This document shows, piece after piece, positions 1-10,012 of a stretch of DNA of 64,000 nucleotides (position 1 is the stretch's first letter; every line of letters starts with the position of its first letter). A program made the translations under genes and the position numbers. The notes beneath the pieces were generated by a model. The model saw only the letters and a list, made by a program, of their open reading frames with translations, did no database searches and was not told where the DNA came from. The DNA is taken from positions 22,512 to 86,511 of the forward strand of contig JAYTXA010000017.1 in assembly GCA_043743165.1 (NCBI GenBank), given 5' to 3'. This DNA comes from Acidobacteriota bacterium (GTDB lineage: Bacteria > Acidobacteriota > Vicinamibacteria > Vicinamibacterales > CAVVIG01).

Positions 1-831
1 GCCCAGCATCGTCGGCACACCGGCAAACAGCAGCAGGCCAAGCGCATTGAAGCCCACGCCCACGCGCACCGCCCGGTCGTCGCTGGCGCCGAAGATCTTC
101 TGAAGCAGGCCTGGCGAGACGATGAAGGCCGGTGCGAACAGCGCGATGTACTTCACGGCGTCCGGGCCGGCAAACGTCCAGTAGCGCGGCACGTCCGCAT
201 TGACCGCGCGCACGGCGTCCCATCCACCGAACCAGTGCAGCGCAATCGGCAGGGCAATCGCAAAGCCGACCAGCTTGACCGTGAGCTGCACGACGTTGAC
301 CCAGGCCGACGTCAGCAGGCCGCCGGCGGCGAAATAGACGGTGATGACGAGACCGCCGATGGCGCAGCCGATCGGCTTGGGGATACCGGCGACCACCTCG
401 AGAATCCAGCCGAGCCCGATCAGTTGCGACGCCAGGATGAAGATGGAGCCGACCCAGAGCAGCACCGCGATGATGCCGCGCACCCGCTCGTCGTAGCGGA
501 ACTCGAGATAGTCGCCGACGGTTCGCAGGTTCTGCTCGGCGGCGATCCGGCGCATCGACGGCCCGACCCACATCGCGAGCACAAAGCAGCCCAGCGCCGC
601 CGAACCGACCCACCACCAGGCGGTTACGCCGTTCGTGTAGGCGTCAGAGGTGGCTCCTACGGTAGAGCCCGCACCGATGTTGGCGGCCAGCATCGTCGAG
701 AAGATCAGCCCCGGTCCGAGGCGACGGTTGGCAACGAAGAAGTCAGCCGCTCCGGCATTGCGGCCGATCCACAGGCCGAGGCCCATCAGCCCAAGCGAGT
801 AGGACGCAAGGATGACGAGGTGGAGATTCAA
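1..831 (-). CDS. Sodium:solute symporter (SSS) family protein, 5' part (runs off window start)
   Basis: Manual translation from TTG at 831: MNLHLVILASYSLGLMGLGLWIGRNAGAADFFVANRRLGPGLIFSTMLAANIGAGSTVG..., typical SSS N-terminus; start abuts the stop of the upstream peptidase. Confidence 0.85.
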   Translation of the reverse strand, partial: MNLHLVILASYSLGLMGLGLWIGRNAGAADFFVANRRLGPGLIFSTMLAANIGAGSTVGATSDAYTNGVTAWWWVGSAALGCFVLAMWVGPSMRRIAAEQNLRTVGDYLEFRYDERVRGIIAVLLWVGSIFILASQLIGLGWILEVVAGIPKPIGCAIGGLVITVYFAAGGLLTSAWVNVVQLTVKLVGFAIALPIALHWFGGWDAVRAVNADVPRYWTFAGPDAVKYIALFAPAFIVSPGLLQKIFGASDDRAVRVGVGFNALGLLLFAGVPTMLG

Positions 832-1875
832 TTACCTGAGGTCGCGCAGCGCGGGAAAGCCCGCGACGGAGGTAGCCTGCCGGGCGGCGCGGACGATGGC
901 CAGGGCCATGACGTCGGCAGCGAGCGCCCCGACCTGGCCGGCAGGCGCCGAGGCGGCATGTCCGCCAGTGGCGAGCACGAAGATGGTGTCGCCGTCGACC
1001 GGTGTGTGCACCGGCGCGATGGCGCGGGCGTAGCCGTCGTGGGCCATCTGCGCCACGCGCGTGGCGTCGGTCTTGGAGAGGCGGGCGTTGGTGGCAACGA
1101 CGCCCAGCGTCGTGTTCTGCGCGCCGCCGCCGAAGGTGATCGCGCCTGAGCGCAGACGCACCCGTGCGTCGGCCATCGAGCGCCCGTCGGCCGCCCGCAC
1201 GCCAGCGACCACCGCTCCGGTTGCCGGGTCGATGATGTCGCCGAACGCATTGACCGCCACCAGCGCAGACACGATGAGGCCGCTTGGCAGTTCGATGGAG
1301 GCACTGCCGATGCCGCCCTTCATGGCGTGCGTCGAGCCGTTGGATTTGCCGATGGTGGCACCGGCGCCCGCGCCGACACTGCCCTCGATGACCGGCGCCG
1401 TGCTCGCCGCCCCGGCTGCCGCGTAGCCGCAGTCGGCCGTCGGCCTGGACAAGCCGTCGCCCACGCCCAGATCGAAGAGCGCCGCCGCAGGGACGATCGG
1501 CACGCGCGCCGGGCCGAACACGAAGCCGATCTTCCTCTCTTCGAGAAAGCGCATCACCCCCGAGGCTGCGTCGAGCCCGAATGCGCTGCCACCGGCCAGC
1601 ACGATGGCGTGCGCCACCTGCACCGAGTTTACCGGGTCGAGCAGATCGGTTTCGCGCGTCGCCGGAGCCGCGCCGCGCACGTCGACCGCCGCTGTCACGC
1701 CTGCCTCGGCCAGGACCACGGTGCAGCCGGTTGGACGTTCGCGCAGCGTGTGATGACCGACCTTGATGCCGGGCACGGCGGTCAGCGTCGCGTTCGTCGA
1801 ACGCGACTGTGCGGCAAGGGTGGTCGCCGCGATCGCGGCCAGGGCAGCGGCGACCGGCAGACGCATGGCTCTCAT
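832..1875 (-). CDS. P1/S58 (DmpA-like) peptidase, exported
   Basis: Signal peptide; VPGIKVGH, GAAPATRETDLL, GGSAFGL, GAQNTT (autoproteolysis region) and HTPVDGDTIF motifs; start ATG 1875 or 1866. Confidence 0.85.
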   Translation of the reverse strand: MRAMRLPVAAALAAIAATTLAAQSRSTNATLTAVPGIKVGHHTLRERPTGCTVVLAEAGVTAAVDVRGAAPATRETDLLDPVNSVQVAHAIVLAGGSAFGLDAASGVMRFLEERKIGFVFGPARVPIVPAAALFDLGVGDGLSRPTADCGYAAAGAASTAPVIEGSVGAGAGATIGKSNGSTHAMKGGIGSASIELPSGLIVSALVAVNAFGDIIDPATGAVVAGVRAADGRSMADARVRLRSGAITFGGGAQNTTLGVVATNARLSKTDATRVAQMAHDGYARAIAPVHTPVDGDTIFVLATGGHAASAPAGQVGALAADVMALAIVRAARQATSVAGFPALRDLR

Positions 1876-1913
1876 TGGTTGGCAATATTGTAGAACGCCA
1901 GCAGAATAGACGG

Positions 1914-3638
1914 ATGCACAAGACGGCTCTTGTTCTGGCGTCCGTGCTGCTGTGTGCGGCTGCGTGTTCGACGCGCGACGAGCGACCCGCGGCCGAGCAG
2001 GCACCCGGTCCGACGCCCACGGTCCAGCGCACCCCGATCGACGATCTGCCCGAGCCAGACATCGACGCCGTGCTGGCCCATACGAAGACCCTTTCCTCCG
2101 ACGAGTTTCAGGGCCGTGGCCCTGGAACCACGGGCGAAGACCTGACGGTGGCCTACATCACGGACCAGTTTCGCAAGCTCGGCCTCAAACCGGGCAATAG
2201 CGATGGGACGTTCGTCCAGAAGGTGCCACTCGTCGGCATCACGCCAGCACCGGCACCGCTGACCTTTCGCAAGGGCGCGCAGGAGCAGCAGCTCGTCTGG
2301 AAGGACGATGTGGTGGCGTGGACGAAGCATGTCGCGCCCAGCGCGATCATCGACAACTCCGAGGTGGTGTTTGTCGGCTACGGCGTCGTGGCTCCCGAAT
2401 ACGACTGGGACGATTACAAGGGGCTCGACGTCACGGGCAAGACGCTGGTCATGCTGGTGAACGATCCGCCGGTGCAGGACCCCGACAATCCCGGCACGCT
2501 CGACCCGAAGGTGTTCGGCGGCCGAGCCATGACCTACTACGGCCGGTGGACCTACAAGTTCGAGATCGCCGCGTCGAAGGGCGCGGCTGGCGTGCTGCTC
2601 GTGCACGAAGCCGAGTCTGCCGGGTACCCGTTCAGCGTCGTGCAGGCCAAGGTTCTGGAGCAGTTCGATCTCGTGACACCGGACAGAAACCTGAAGCGCG
2701 CCGCCATCGAAGGGTGGATCACCATCGACAAGGCGCGTGATCTCGTGCGGCTCGGCGGGCAGGATTTCGGCACGCTGAAGTCACAAGCGTCGACACGGGA
2801 GTTCACGCCCGTGCCTCTCGGCGTGAAAGCGTCGATGACCATCACGAACACGCTGCGCACGATCGACTCGAAGAATGTGGTGGCCAGGCTCGACGGCCGC
2901 GATCCGAAGCTGAAAAGCGAGTACGTGATCTACAGCGCGCACTGGGATCACCTGGGCGTGGGCGCTGCCGTGGAGGGCGACACCATCTACAACGGAGCCA
3001 AGGACAACGCCGTGGGCGTGGCCGGCATCATCGACATCGCGCGCGCTTTCACGAAGCTGCCGGCACCGCCGAAACGCTCCATCGTGTTCCTGGCGCTCAC
3101 CGCCGAGGAGCAGGGGTTGCTCGGCTCCGCTTACTACACGCTCACTCCCATCTATCCGCTGGCTCGCACCGCTGCCAACATCAACATCGACGGACTCAAC
3201 GTAGCCGGGCGCACGCGCGACCTCACGCTAGTCGGCTACGGCGCATCCGAACTCGACGACTACGCTCGCGATGCCGCTGGCGAGCAGGGGCGCATCGTCC
3301 GACCTGAGGCGGAGCCCGAGCAGGGTTTCTACTATCGGTCGGACCACTTCAACTTCGCCAAGCAGGGGGTGCCGGCGCTCGATCCCGACGAGGGGTTCGA
3401 TTACCTGGGCAAGCCGAAGGAGTTCGGGGCGCGGGTGCGTCGCGCGTGGAACGAGCGCGACTACCACCAGCCGAGCGATGTCGTCCGCCCCGACTGGGAC
3501 CTGACCGGCGCCCGCGAAGACCTGAAGGTATTCTTCGCGGTCGGTTACCGGGTGGCCGAGTCGGAGACGATGCCCGAGTGGAAGGCGGGCAACGAGTTCA
3601 AGGCGAAGCGCGATGCGATGTTGAGGGAGCGGAAGTAG
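1914..3638 (+). CDS. M28 family metallopeptidase with PA domain, probable lipoprotein
   Basis: AAAC lipobox-like; SAHWDH, GAKDNA, TAEEQGL, NID, RSDH and YHQPSD motifs. Confidence 0.9.
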   Translation: MHKTALVLASVLLCAAACSTRDERPAAEQAPGPTPTVQRTPIDDLPEPDIDAVLAHTKTLSSDEFQGRGPGTTGEDLTVAYITDQFRKLGLKPGNSDGTFVQKVPLVGITPAPAPLTFRKGAQEQQLVWKDDVVAWTKHVAPSAIIDNSEVVFVGYGVVAPEYDWDDYKGLDVTGKTLVMLVNDPPVQDPDNPGTLDPKVFGGRAMTYYGRWTYKFEIAASKGAAGVLLVHEAESAGYPFSVVQAKVLEQFDLVTPDRNLKRAAIEGWITIDKARDLVRLGGQDFGTLKSQASTREFTPVPLGVKASMTITNTLRTIDSKNVVARLDGRDPKLKSEYVIYSAHWDHLGVGAAVEGDTIYNGAKDNAVGVAGIIDIARAFTKLPAPPKRSIVFLALTAEEQGLLGSAYYTLTPIYPLARTAANINIDGLNVAGRTRDLTLVGYGASELDDYARDAAGEQGRIVRPEAEPEQGFYYRSDHFNFAKQGVPALDPDEGFDYLGKPKEFGARVRRAWNERDYHQPSDVVRPDWDLTGAREDLKVFFAVGYRVAESETMPEWKAGNEFKAKRDAMLRERK

Positions 3639-3644
3639 CGGTCG

Positions 3645-4073
3645 TCAGCGGTCGCTCGCGGCCACCTGTGGCGAGCGTGACAGGTAGACAAGCCAGCCGC
3701 CGTAGTAGGCGAGCGTGGCCGCCACGTACAGCGGCGTGTCCCCGGGCATGCGATTGCTCGGAAAGTACGGCGTCACGTAGGCAAACACGTGGATGGCGCC
3801 CGACAGTCCCAGCGCGGCTTTCGCCAGTGTCGGTCCCGATGGGCGCCGGTCGAGCAGGGTCCGCCCGGCCGCGACGCACAGCGCGGCAGCAACGGTCCGC
3901 GCCGCCAACACGAGAACAACCGGCACCCCTCTCACGCTGATGGCGTTGAAGGCACCCGCGGCGACCATCGCGAACATGATCGGTTCCCACCACATCAGCA
4001 ACCCGCAGAGCAGTCGCAGCCATCCGGATACGCCGGCTTCGATGGAGTCGCGATTGTCGAGTGCGCCGGTCAT
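3645..4073 (-). CDS. Hypothetical membrane protein (about 4 TM)
   Basis: Hydrophobic segments; fills the gap between neighbours. Confidence 0.65.
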   Translation of the reverse strand: MTGALDNRDSIEAGVSGWLRLLCGLLMWWEPIMFAMVAAGAFNAISVRGVPVVLVLAARTVAAALCVAAGRTLLDRRPSGPTLAKAALGLSGAIHVFAYVTPYFPSNRMPGDTPLYVAATLAYYGGWLVYLSRSPQVAASDR

Positions 4074-4129
4074 ACGTCCTCGGGGAGGGTCGGTGCCGTC
4101 GTGAGCCAGGCTCCGTGTGCTCTGCTAGG

Positions 4130-4600
4130 ATGCCATGCTTGCGCCTGTACCTGGTTCATCACGGCGACGCCGTCGGTCCCGAGGTCGACCTTCGGCGTCC
4201 GCTGTCAGAGGCCGGCCGCCTCACCTCGGAGCGCACCGCCGCGGCCGCTGCCTCGCGTGGCGCTCGGCCGGTGGTGGTCTGGCACAGCGGCAAGTTGCGC
4301 GCGAAGCAGACGGCCGAGGTCTACTGGCGTTCGTGTAACGCGCTGGCAGACTTCGCGGCGTCGCGCGATCTGCAACCCGACGACAGGCCGATGTTCATGC
4401 GCGACCGGTTGCGCCACGAGTCTCGCGACATCCTCATGGCGGGGCACTTTCCGTACCTGCCACGGCTGTTGACGCTGCTCACGGGTGACGTGGACGGCCC
4501 CCAGGCCGAATTTCCTCTGCACGGCATCGTGGCACTGCGAACCACCGACGACGGCCAGACGTGGACGGAAGAATGGCGCATCGCTGCGCTGACGGGGTGA
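4130..4600 (+). CDS. SixA-like phosphohistidine phosphatase
   Basis: LYLVHHGDA (RHG-like), RPLS, HSGKLRAKQTA and AGHFP motifs; start 4130 or 4139. Confidence 0.8.
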   Translation: MPCLRLYLVHHGDAVGPEVDLRRPLSEAGRLTSERTAAAAASRGARPVVVWHSGKLRAKQTAEVYWRSCNALADFAASRDLQPDDRPMFMRDRLRHESRDILMAGHFPYLPRLLTLLTGDVDGPQAEFPLHGIVALRTTDDGQTWTEEWRIAALTG

Positions 4601-4779
4601 GGACGATGCCGAACGCACTGACCTGCCGAAACGGTGTGCCTGCCGTCGTCGAGCGGTTCGCCTATGCCGTGGTTGGACCGCGACAGGCGGCGGGACGATG
4701 GCAACAGGATCGTGGGTGAGGAGGCGGGCAGGACGCCGCACGGGCGACCTGTCCCGCCTATCTGTTCTGCGAGTGAGCG

Positions 4780-5349
4780 CTAGCGGATGACTACACCAAC
4801 CGAGGCCCGCCAGAAGTCGAAGCTGCCGAGGTCGAGGTTGACGTCACTGATGCTGCTGTCGTTGTTGTTGATGGTGCGGAAATAGCGCACATCGCCGCGC
4901 AGCCCGACGTGATCGCTGAAGAACCCCATGGCTCCCGCCCCGAGATTGAAGCCAAAATCCTTCTGGTCGTAGTCGGCCACGCCGTTGATGCCTGAGCCGA
5001 TCACGGTCTGGATGAGACCAAGACCACCGGTGACATAGGGCTTGATGCCAGGGCCGCGCGTGCCACCAACCGGTACGCCGACGATCAGGTTGGCCAGGAG
5101 ATCCGTCACGTGGTTGTCCACCGACTCGCCGAATGCGTTCGGCGCCCAGCCGAAGTCGATTTCACCGCCGATGATGCCAGCACCCATCCATCCGGCGTCG
5201 ACACCGTAGACCGCCTTCTTCTCGAGCTGGTCGTTACCGAAATGTACGCCGGCGAACGGGCTGATGTAGCCCTCTGCCCGCGCCTGAGCCGGCGCCCACA
5301 GCATCGCCACTACACCTGCCGCCACAAGAGCTTTCATTACACCTCGCAT
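4780..5349 (-). CDS. Outer-membrane beta-barrel protein (8-strand type)
   Basis: Signal peptide ARA|E; amphipathic strands (PYVTGGLG, FGFNLGAG, GLRGDVRYF, FWRASVGVVIR); RBS GGAG upstream. Confidence 0.85.
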   Translation of the reverse strand: MRGVMKALVAAGVVAMLWAPAQARAEGYISPFAGVHFGNDQLEKKAVYGVDAGWMGAGIIGGEIDFGWAPNAFGESVDNHVTDLLANLIVGVPVGGTRGPGIKPYVTGGLGLIQTVIGSGINGVADYDQKDFGFNLGAGAMGFFSDHVGLRGDVRYFRTINNNDSSISDVNLDLGSFDFWRASVGVVIR

Positions 5350-5401
5350 GATGAGACCACTCCTTTACGCACCGACTGCCGGTGCGGTTCAAGAGTGATG
5401 T

Positions 5402-5417
5402 TGCAAGCGTGATGCCC
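5402..5417 (-). promoter_or_regulatory. Candidate sigma-54 -24/-12 promoter
   Basis: Minus strand GGGCATCACGCTTGCA = GG-N10-GC with TTGCA, 53 bp upstream of the beta-barrel gene. Confidence 0.6.
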
Positions 5418-5469
5418 CGATGCCTCGAGCCAGCTGGACAGGAGTGAGGCTGAGTTGGATGTGACCGTT

Positions 5470-6450
5470 TCAGCGGTCGACAGTAACCGAGATGGGCGCG
5501 AGGATGCGCGCCGTGATCTGCGCGCCCGATTGGAACACTGCTTCGCTGCGCTCGCCGGCCATCACCGCAGCGCTGCCGCCTGCTGCGCCGGTGGTGGCGC
5601 CGATCGCCGCGCCTTTGCCGCCGCCGATGATCGCGCCCAGGATGGCACCGGCGACTGCGCCGCCGCCGATCTTTTTGGCGCTGTTGTCGCTTGCTCCTTC
5701 ACCGAAACGATAAATCGTTTCCGTGGTGATCGGCACGCGCGTGCCGTCACCGAGGGCCAGGGTATGGAACCGGATGCCGAGCCGCGCGCGGTCGCGCATC
5801 TTTCCGCCGCGCTCGACGAGAACCACCGAACCCAGAACGCGACTGCCGGCCGGAATCGCCACGCGTCCACCCGCGCGCACGTCGCGCACGACGCGAGCCT
5901 CGACGCGGTCCTCGACGCGGGCCCGCTCACTGGTCAAGGTGGTTTCTGTCTGCAGGCCGATCACCGAGTCGGCCGCCACGGTGAGTTCGTCGAACGTGGG
6001 CGCTGGCGGTTCGACCTCGCGCACTGGCTCGGCCGCTCGCTCGTCCATACGGGCGATGGTTGGCGGGTCGACAACGACAGGGGACGGAGCCACGGATGCT
6101 GGCGTGCGTTCGAGCGCTGGCGTGCCTGGTTCGATGCGAGCGGTCGATGCCGGCAGCGACCGGGCCGAGGGGCGCGCCGCCTGGCGGAGCGGTTCGGTCG
6201 GGCGACTAGCAGGGAGGGGTCGCGCGGCGGCGATAGGCGGCACCGGCGCGGACGACATCGACTCGCTGTTCACCACAGGCGCACCCGGCGCGACCGCTGC
6301 GCCAACCAGGGCGGTGGGCGCGGATGTGGCCAAGGCTGGCGGCATCGCGCGTTCCGCCACGTTGTGTCGCGTCGCCAGATAGCTCCCGCCAGCTGCGGCA
6401 GCTACGCAGGCGAGACCGAGGGCGGCAAAGGCGAGTCGATGTGGAACCAT
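5470..6450 (-). CDS. Membrane-anchored protein with Pro/Ala linker and C-terminal TrbI/VirB10-like beta domain and glycine zipper
   Basis: N-terminal TM; IPAGSRVLGSV and GAILGAIIGGGKGAAIGA motifs. Confidence 0.7.
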   Translation of the reverse strand: MVPHRLAFAALGLACVAAAAGGSYLATRHNVAERAMPPALATSAPTALVGAAVAPGAPVVNSESMSSAPVPPIAAARPLPASRPTEPLRQAARPSARSLPASTARIEPGTPALERTPASVAPSPVVVDPPTIARMDERAAEPVREVEPPAPTFDELTVAADSVIGLQTETTLTSERARVEDRVEARVVRDVRAGGRVAIPAGSRVLGSVVLVERGGKMRDRARLGIRFHTLALGDGTRVPITTETIYRFGEGASDNSAKKIGGGAVAGAILGAIIGGGKGAAIGATTGAAGGSAAVMAGERSEAVFQSGAQITARILAPISVTVDR

Positions 6451-6484
6451 TGGAGCGTGTCTCCTTGAAGCCGAATCAGGCTCT

Positions 6485-6500
6485 CGCAAGGCGCATGCCC
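6485..6500 (-). promoter_or_regulatory. Candidate sigma-54 -24/-12 promoter
   Basis: Minus strand GGGCATGCGCCTTGCG = GG-N10-GC; AT-rich TAA-N19-TTA element at 6525..6549 further upstream. Confidence 0.55.
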
Positions 6501-6646
6501 GGACCCGGCCGTGGACAAGTCCGCTAACTTACTCTAGATACGTAGCTTACCTGAATGGTTCAGCGTGGGGAGGGTGTCACCTGCTACGGACCTTGTCACC
6601 CGATGAAGGCAGAACGGGTGCCGTTGCGGGGACGGCTCGCGCGCGA

Positions 6647-6681
6647 GGAACCCCGCGAGCAGGTCGGCTCGCGGGGCTTCC
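6647..6681 (-). terminator. Hairpin downstream of ahcY, probable terminator
   Basis: Perfect 10-bp stem CCCCGCGAGC/GCTCGCGGGG with 6-nt loop; short U tract. Confidence 0.55.
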
Positions 6682-6691
6682 GACGACGTCT

Positions 6692-8179
6692 TCAGTAGCG
6701 GTAGCGTTCCGGCTTGTACGGGCCGGTCACCGGCACTCCGATGTAGTCGGCCTGCTCTTGGCTGAGCTGGGTAAGCTTCACGCCCAACTTGGAAAGGTGC
6801 AGGCGCGCCACCTTTTCGTCGAGGTGCTTTGGAAGGGTGTAGACCTTCTTCTCGAGGTTCTGCGCGTTGGTGTGCAGTTCGAGCTGTGCCACGACCTGGT
6901 TGGTGAACGAGCAGCTCATCACGAAGCTCGGGTGGCCGGTCGCGCAGCCCAGGTTCAGCAGGCGGCCTTCGGCCAGGATCATCACCGAGTGGCCGTCCGG
7001 GAAGGCGAACTCGTCGTACTGCGGCTTGATGTTGATGCGCTCGATGCCGCGCTTCTTCAAGCCGGCCATGTCGATCTCATTGTCGAAGTGGCCGATGTTG
7101 CCGACGATGGCCTTGTCCTTCATGCGGGCCATGTGGTCGACGGTGATGATGTTCTTGTTGCCGGTCGCCGTGATGAAGATGTCGGCGGTGACGACAACGT
7201 CTTCGAGCGTGGTGACCTGGTAGCCTTCCATCGCCGCCTGCAGCGCGCAGATCGGATCGACTTCCGTGATGATGACGCGCGCGCCCTGGCCGCGCAGCGC
7301 CTGCGCGCAGCCCTTGCCGACGTCGCCGTAGCCCATCACCACGGCAACCTTGCCGGCCAGCATCACGTCCGACGCGCGCAGGATGCCGTCGGTCAGCGAG
7401 TGACGGCAGCCGTAGAGGTTGTCGAACTTCGACTTGGTGACTGAGTCGTTCACGTTGATCGCGGGGAACGCGAGCGTGCCGGCGGCCATCATCTCGTAGA
7501 GGCGATGCACGCCGGTCGTGGTTTCTTCGGACACGCCACGGATGGCGGCGAGCACCTTCGTCCATCGGCCCCGGTTCTTCGTGGCTTCCGCACGCAGCAG
7601 GTCGAGGATGATGCCCCATTCCTCAGGCTCGGTCTCGGCGTCGAAGCCCGGAATCGTGCCGGCCTTCTCGTACTCGGCGCCCTTATGCACGAGCAGCGTC
7701 GCGTCGCCGCCGTCATCGAGCAGCAGGTTCGGACCGGTGCCGTCGGGCCACATCAGCGCCTGCTCGGTGCACCACCAGTATTCGTCGAGCGTCTCGCCCT
7801 TCCACGCAAACACGGGAACACCCAGCGGGTTCTCCACCGTGCCGTGCTTGCCGACGACGACGCCAGCCGCCGCGTGGTCCTGGGTCGAGAAGATGTTGCA
7901 CGACACCCAGCGCACATCGGCGCCGAGTTCGACGAGCGTCTCGATGAGGACGGCGGTCTGCACGGTCATGTGCAGTGAACCCATGATCTTCGCGCCCTTG
8001 AGCGGCAGCGTGCCCTTGTTCTCGGCGCGCAGTGCCATGAGGCCGGGCATTTCCTGCTCGGCGAGGCGGATTTCCTTGCGGCCGAACTCGGCCTGCGACA
8101 GGTCGCGCACCTTGAACGGTTCGCGGCCAGCGGCTTTCGCCGCAGCGAAGGGGTGAAACGTTTCAACGACAGTGGCCAT
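6692..8179 (-). CDS. ahcY: Adenosylhomocysteinase (SAH hydrolase)
   Basis: [46 protein letters not shown] and GHPSFVMS motifs; AAGGAG RBS before ATG 8179. Confidence 0.98.
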   Translation of the reverse strand: MATVVETFHPFAAAKAAGREPFKVRDLSQAEFGRKEIRLAEQEMPGLMALRAENKGTLPLKGAKIMGSLHMTVQTAVLIETLVELGADVRWVSCNIFSTQDHAAAGVVVGKHGTVENPLGVPVFAWKGETLDEYWWCTEQALMWPDGTGPNLLLDDGGDATLLVHKGAEYEKAGTIPGFDAETEPEEWGIILDLLRAEATKNRGRWTKVLAAIRGVSEETTTGVHRLYEMMAAGTLAFPAINVNDSVTKSKFDNLYGCRHSLTDGILRASDVMLAGKVAVVMGYGDVGKGCAQALRGQGARVIITEVDPICALQAAMEGYQVTTLEDVVVTADIFITATGNKNIITVDHMARMKDKAIVGNIGHFDNEIDMAGLKKRGIERINIKPQYDEFAFPDGHSVMILAEGRLLNLGCATGHPSFVMSCSFTNQVVAQLELHTNAQNLEKKVYTLPKHLDEKVARLHLSKLGVKLTQLSQEQADYIGVPVTGPYKPERYRY

Positions 8180-8194
8180 CAGGGTCTCCTTGGA

Positions 8195-8236
8195 ATTGCA
8201 GATTGCAGATTGCAGATTACAGATTGTCGATTTCAG
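8195..8236. repeat. Heptamer tandem repeat (ATTGCAG)x3 plus 3 degenerate copies
   Basis: ATTGCAG ATTGCAG ATTGCAG ATTACAG ATTGTCG ATTTCAG read directly. Confidence 0.85.
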
Positions 8237-9174
8237 GTTGCCTGGTCGGTGCCTTTCGTGCCGGTCGCCACGAACAGCGCCGGACCTTTCACTTTCGGGT
8301 CGGTCGACAGCGGCACCACGCGCGTCTGCGCGAAGCCCGCCTCGTGCAACATCCGGCTGGTCTGGTCCTCGCCGAACCCCAGCCACACATGTCCCATCTG
8401 CTGGCGGTAACTCTCACGGTCGTGCGGCAGCATGTCGACCATGATGAGACGTCCTCCCGGCTTCAGCGCCCGCGCGACGTCGGCGAGGGCTCGGGCGGGT
8501 TCCGGCACGTGATGCAGGACGAGCATCACCGTGGCGGCATCGAGCCGGCTGTCGTCGATCGGCAGCGCTTCGAGCTCGCCGCGCCGCAGCTCCACGTTCC
8601 GATGGTCGTGCAGCCGTTTCCGCGCTGCCTGGAGCATGGCCGCGGAGCTGTCGACGGCAATCACCTGCGCCACGAATGGCGCCAGCGCCTCGCTCACCTG
8701 CCCGGTGCCGCAGCCGAGGTCGCCGACCACCGCCTCCGAGGACGCGAACGCGGCGAGGGCCGACAGATGGAACCGATCGCCGAACATCTCGTCGCGCACG
8801 CGGTCCCACTGGCCGGCCGAGGACGAGAAGAATTCAACCGACTTGGAACGTCTGGCCGCCATGGCGCTCTGCAAGCGTCGCTGGTCCTGCAGCGCCGCGG
8901 CCGACTGTCCGACCTGCTCGCGCACGAGCGACCACAGGCGGCGCGTCGGTCCATCGAGGCTCTCGCGCGCCATCACGTAGACGTTGCTGGTGCCTTCGGC
9001 ACGCGAACGCACCCAGCTGGCGTCGGCCAGCGCCTTCAGGTGGCGGCTCACCGTTGACTGCGGCAACTGCACAACGGTGCACAGCTCCGACACCGTGAGC
9101 TCCTGCCCATCGAGCAACAGCAGCAAGCGGCTGCGCGTGGTATCGGCGAGCGAGGCGAGTTGGTCGTGAATCAC
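8233..9174 (-). CDS. ArsR HTH + class I SAM-methyltransferase-fold regulator (SahR-like), upstream of ahcY
   Basis: [10 protein letters not shown]...ELTVSEL...[14 protein letters not shown]; DLGCGTG SAM-binding motif; start GTG 9174 is an estimate. Confidence 0.88.
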   Translation of the reverse strand: MIHDQLASLADTTRSRLLLLLDGQELTVSELCTVVQLPQSTVSRHLKALADASWVRSRAEGTSNVYVMARESLDGPTRRLWSLVREQVGQSAAALQDQRRLQSAMAARRSKSVEFFSSSAGQWDRVRDEMFGDRFHLSALAAFASSEAVVGDLGCGTGQVSEALAPFVAQVIAVDSSAAMLQAARKRLHDHRNVELRRGELEALPIDDSRLDAATVMLVLHHVPEPARALADVARALKPGGRLIMVDMLPHDRESYRQQMGHVWLGFGEDQTSRMLHEAGFAQTRVVPLSTDPKVKGPALFVATGTKGTDQAT

Positions 9175-9187
9175 TGGGACCCGAACA

Positions 9188-9209
9188 TTAATCCGTATAG
9201 CCGGATGAA
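9188..9209. promoter_or_regulatory. Palindromic operator candidate ATCCG-N6-CGGAT
   Basis: ttaATCCGtatagcCGGATgaa immediately upstream of the first SahR-like gene. Confidence 0.6.
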
Positions 9210-9289
9210 AGGATAACACGACCGGCGGCGTCGGGCGGCGCAAAATCCGGTCTGGCGCGGAGTGCCGGGGTCGAAGCGACGCGCGGCGT

Positions 9290-9871
9290 TCAGCGCGCGC
9301 TGGGATTGACGCAGAGTTGGATGTCGTAGCGGTCGGGGCGGCTGGCGCAGTAGTCGGCGATGGCCTGGTCGACCTCCGCCCGTGCACCGGCCTCGTCGCG
9401 CGCCCTGGAGCGGGCCGCAAGTCCGTTCTTCAGCTTGTCGCCCAGATAGACACGCAGCAGGTTTTCGATGGCGATGGTGAAGAACTCGCCGCCACTGTAG
9501 GCCGCATACGGTTGCTGCAACGGGCGGCTCGAGGGTTTGAAGAGCTGGCGCTGTTGTTCGTAAGCGTAGAGTCCACCGGCGGGAGCCGGTCCCGACTTGA
9601 AGTCGAGCTTCGACATGATCTCGTCGATATGCCGTTGTTCCTCGATCCGGAGGGAGAAGTCGGCCTTGACGTCCAGGTTTCTCAGTCGCGAGTCGACCGG
9701 TTGGCTGAGTCCCTCGCGAATGCGGTCGAGCGAGACGGGCAGCGTGTCGGCGGCGGTGGCACCAACCGCCGACTGTTCGGCGGTCCCTGAGGACACCACC
9801 GGGTCCTGCGCCCGGGCCGGAGCTCCGACCGCGATCGCCGCAACCACTAGCAAGGCAAGACGCATGTTCAT
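9290..9871 (-). CDS. Hypothetical exported protein
   Basis: Signal peptide ARA|Q; C-terminal Cys pair. Confidence 0.7.
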   Translation of the reverse strand: MNMRLALLVVAAIAVGAPARAQDPVVSSGTAEQSAVGATAADTLPVSLDRIREGLSQPVDSRLRNLDVKADFSLRIEEQRHIDEIMSKLDFKSGPAPAGGLYAYEQQRQLFKPSSRPLQQPYAAYSGGEFFTIAIENLLRVYLGDKLKNGLAARSRARDEAGARAEVDQAIADYCASRPDRYDIQLCVNPSAR

Positions 9872-9987
9872 TTAGACGGGCCTGGCGGCGGTTCAGCCTC
9901 CAGGCCCTGCTGGCACACGGTGCATGAGCCAGACCAGCCTCGCTGCTGCCGTCTCCGAGCGTAGCGAGTTTGGACTTTGCGGCAGCC

Positions 9988-10005
9988 AATCTACTAATGT
10001 AGATT
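9988..10005. promoter_or_regulatory. Palindromic operator candidate AATCTAC-N4-GTAGATT overlapping a putative -10
   Basis: Perfect 7-bp inverted repeat 7 bp before ATG 10013; TGGACT-N18-TAATGT promoter-like. Confidence 0.7.
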
Positions 10006-10012
10006 TATAGAT

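Noticed and set aside
5470-6450. Type IV secretion/conjugation locus suggested by the VirB10-like domain
   Set aside because: No other T4SS components, relaxase or integrase in the window.
8180-8386. N-terminal extension of AhcY given by the ORF track
   Set aside because: It overlaps the upstream regulator and reads through the heptamer repeat; the RBS and homology support ATG 8179.
9988-10005. Resemblance of TCTACTAATGTAGAT to the Cas12a repeat stem-loop
   Set aside because: Single copy with no spacers or cas gene; its position at a regulator's promoter fits an operator.
8180-10012. SAM or SAH riboswitch upstream of ahcY or metH
   Set aside because: Leaders are too short and I saw no aptamer motif; protein regulators with operators explain control.
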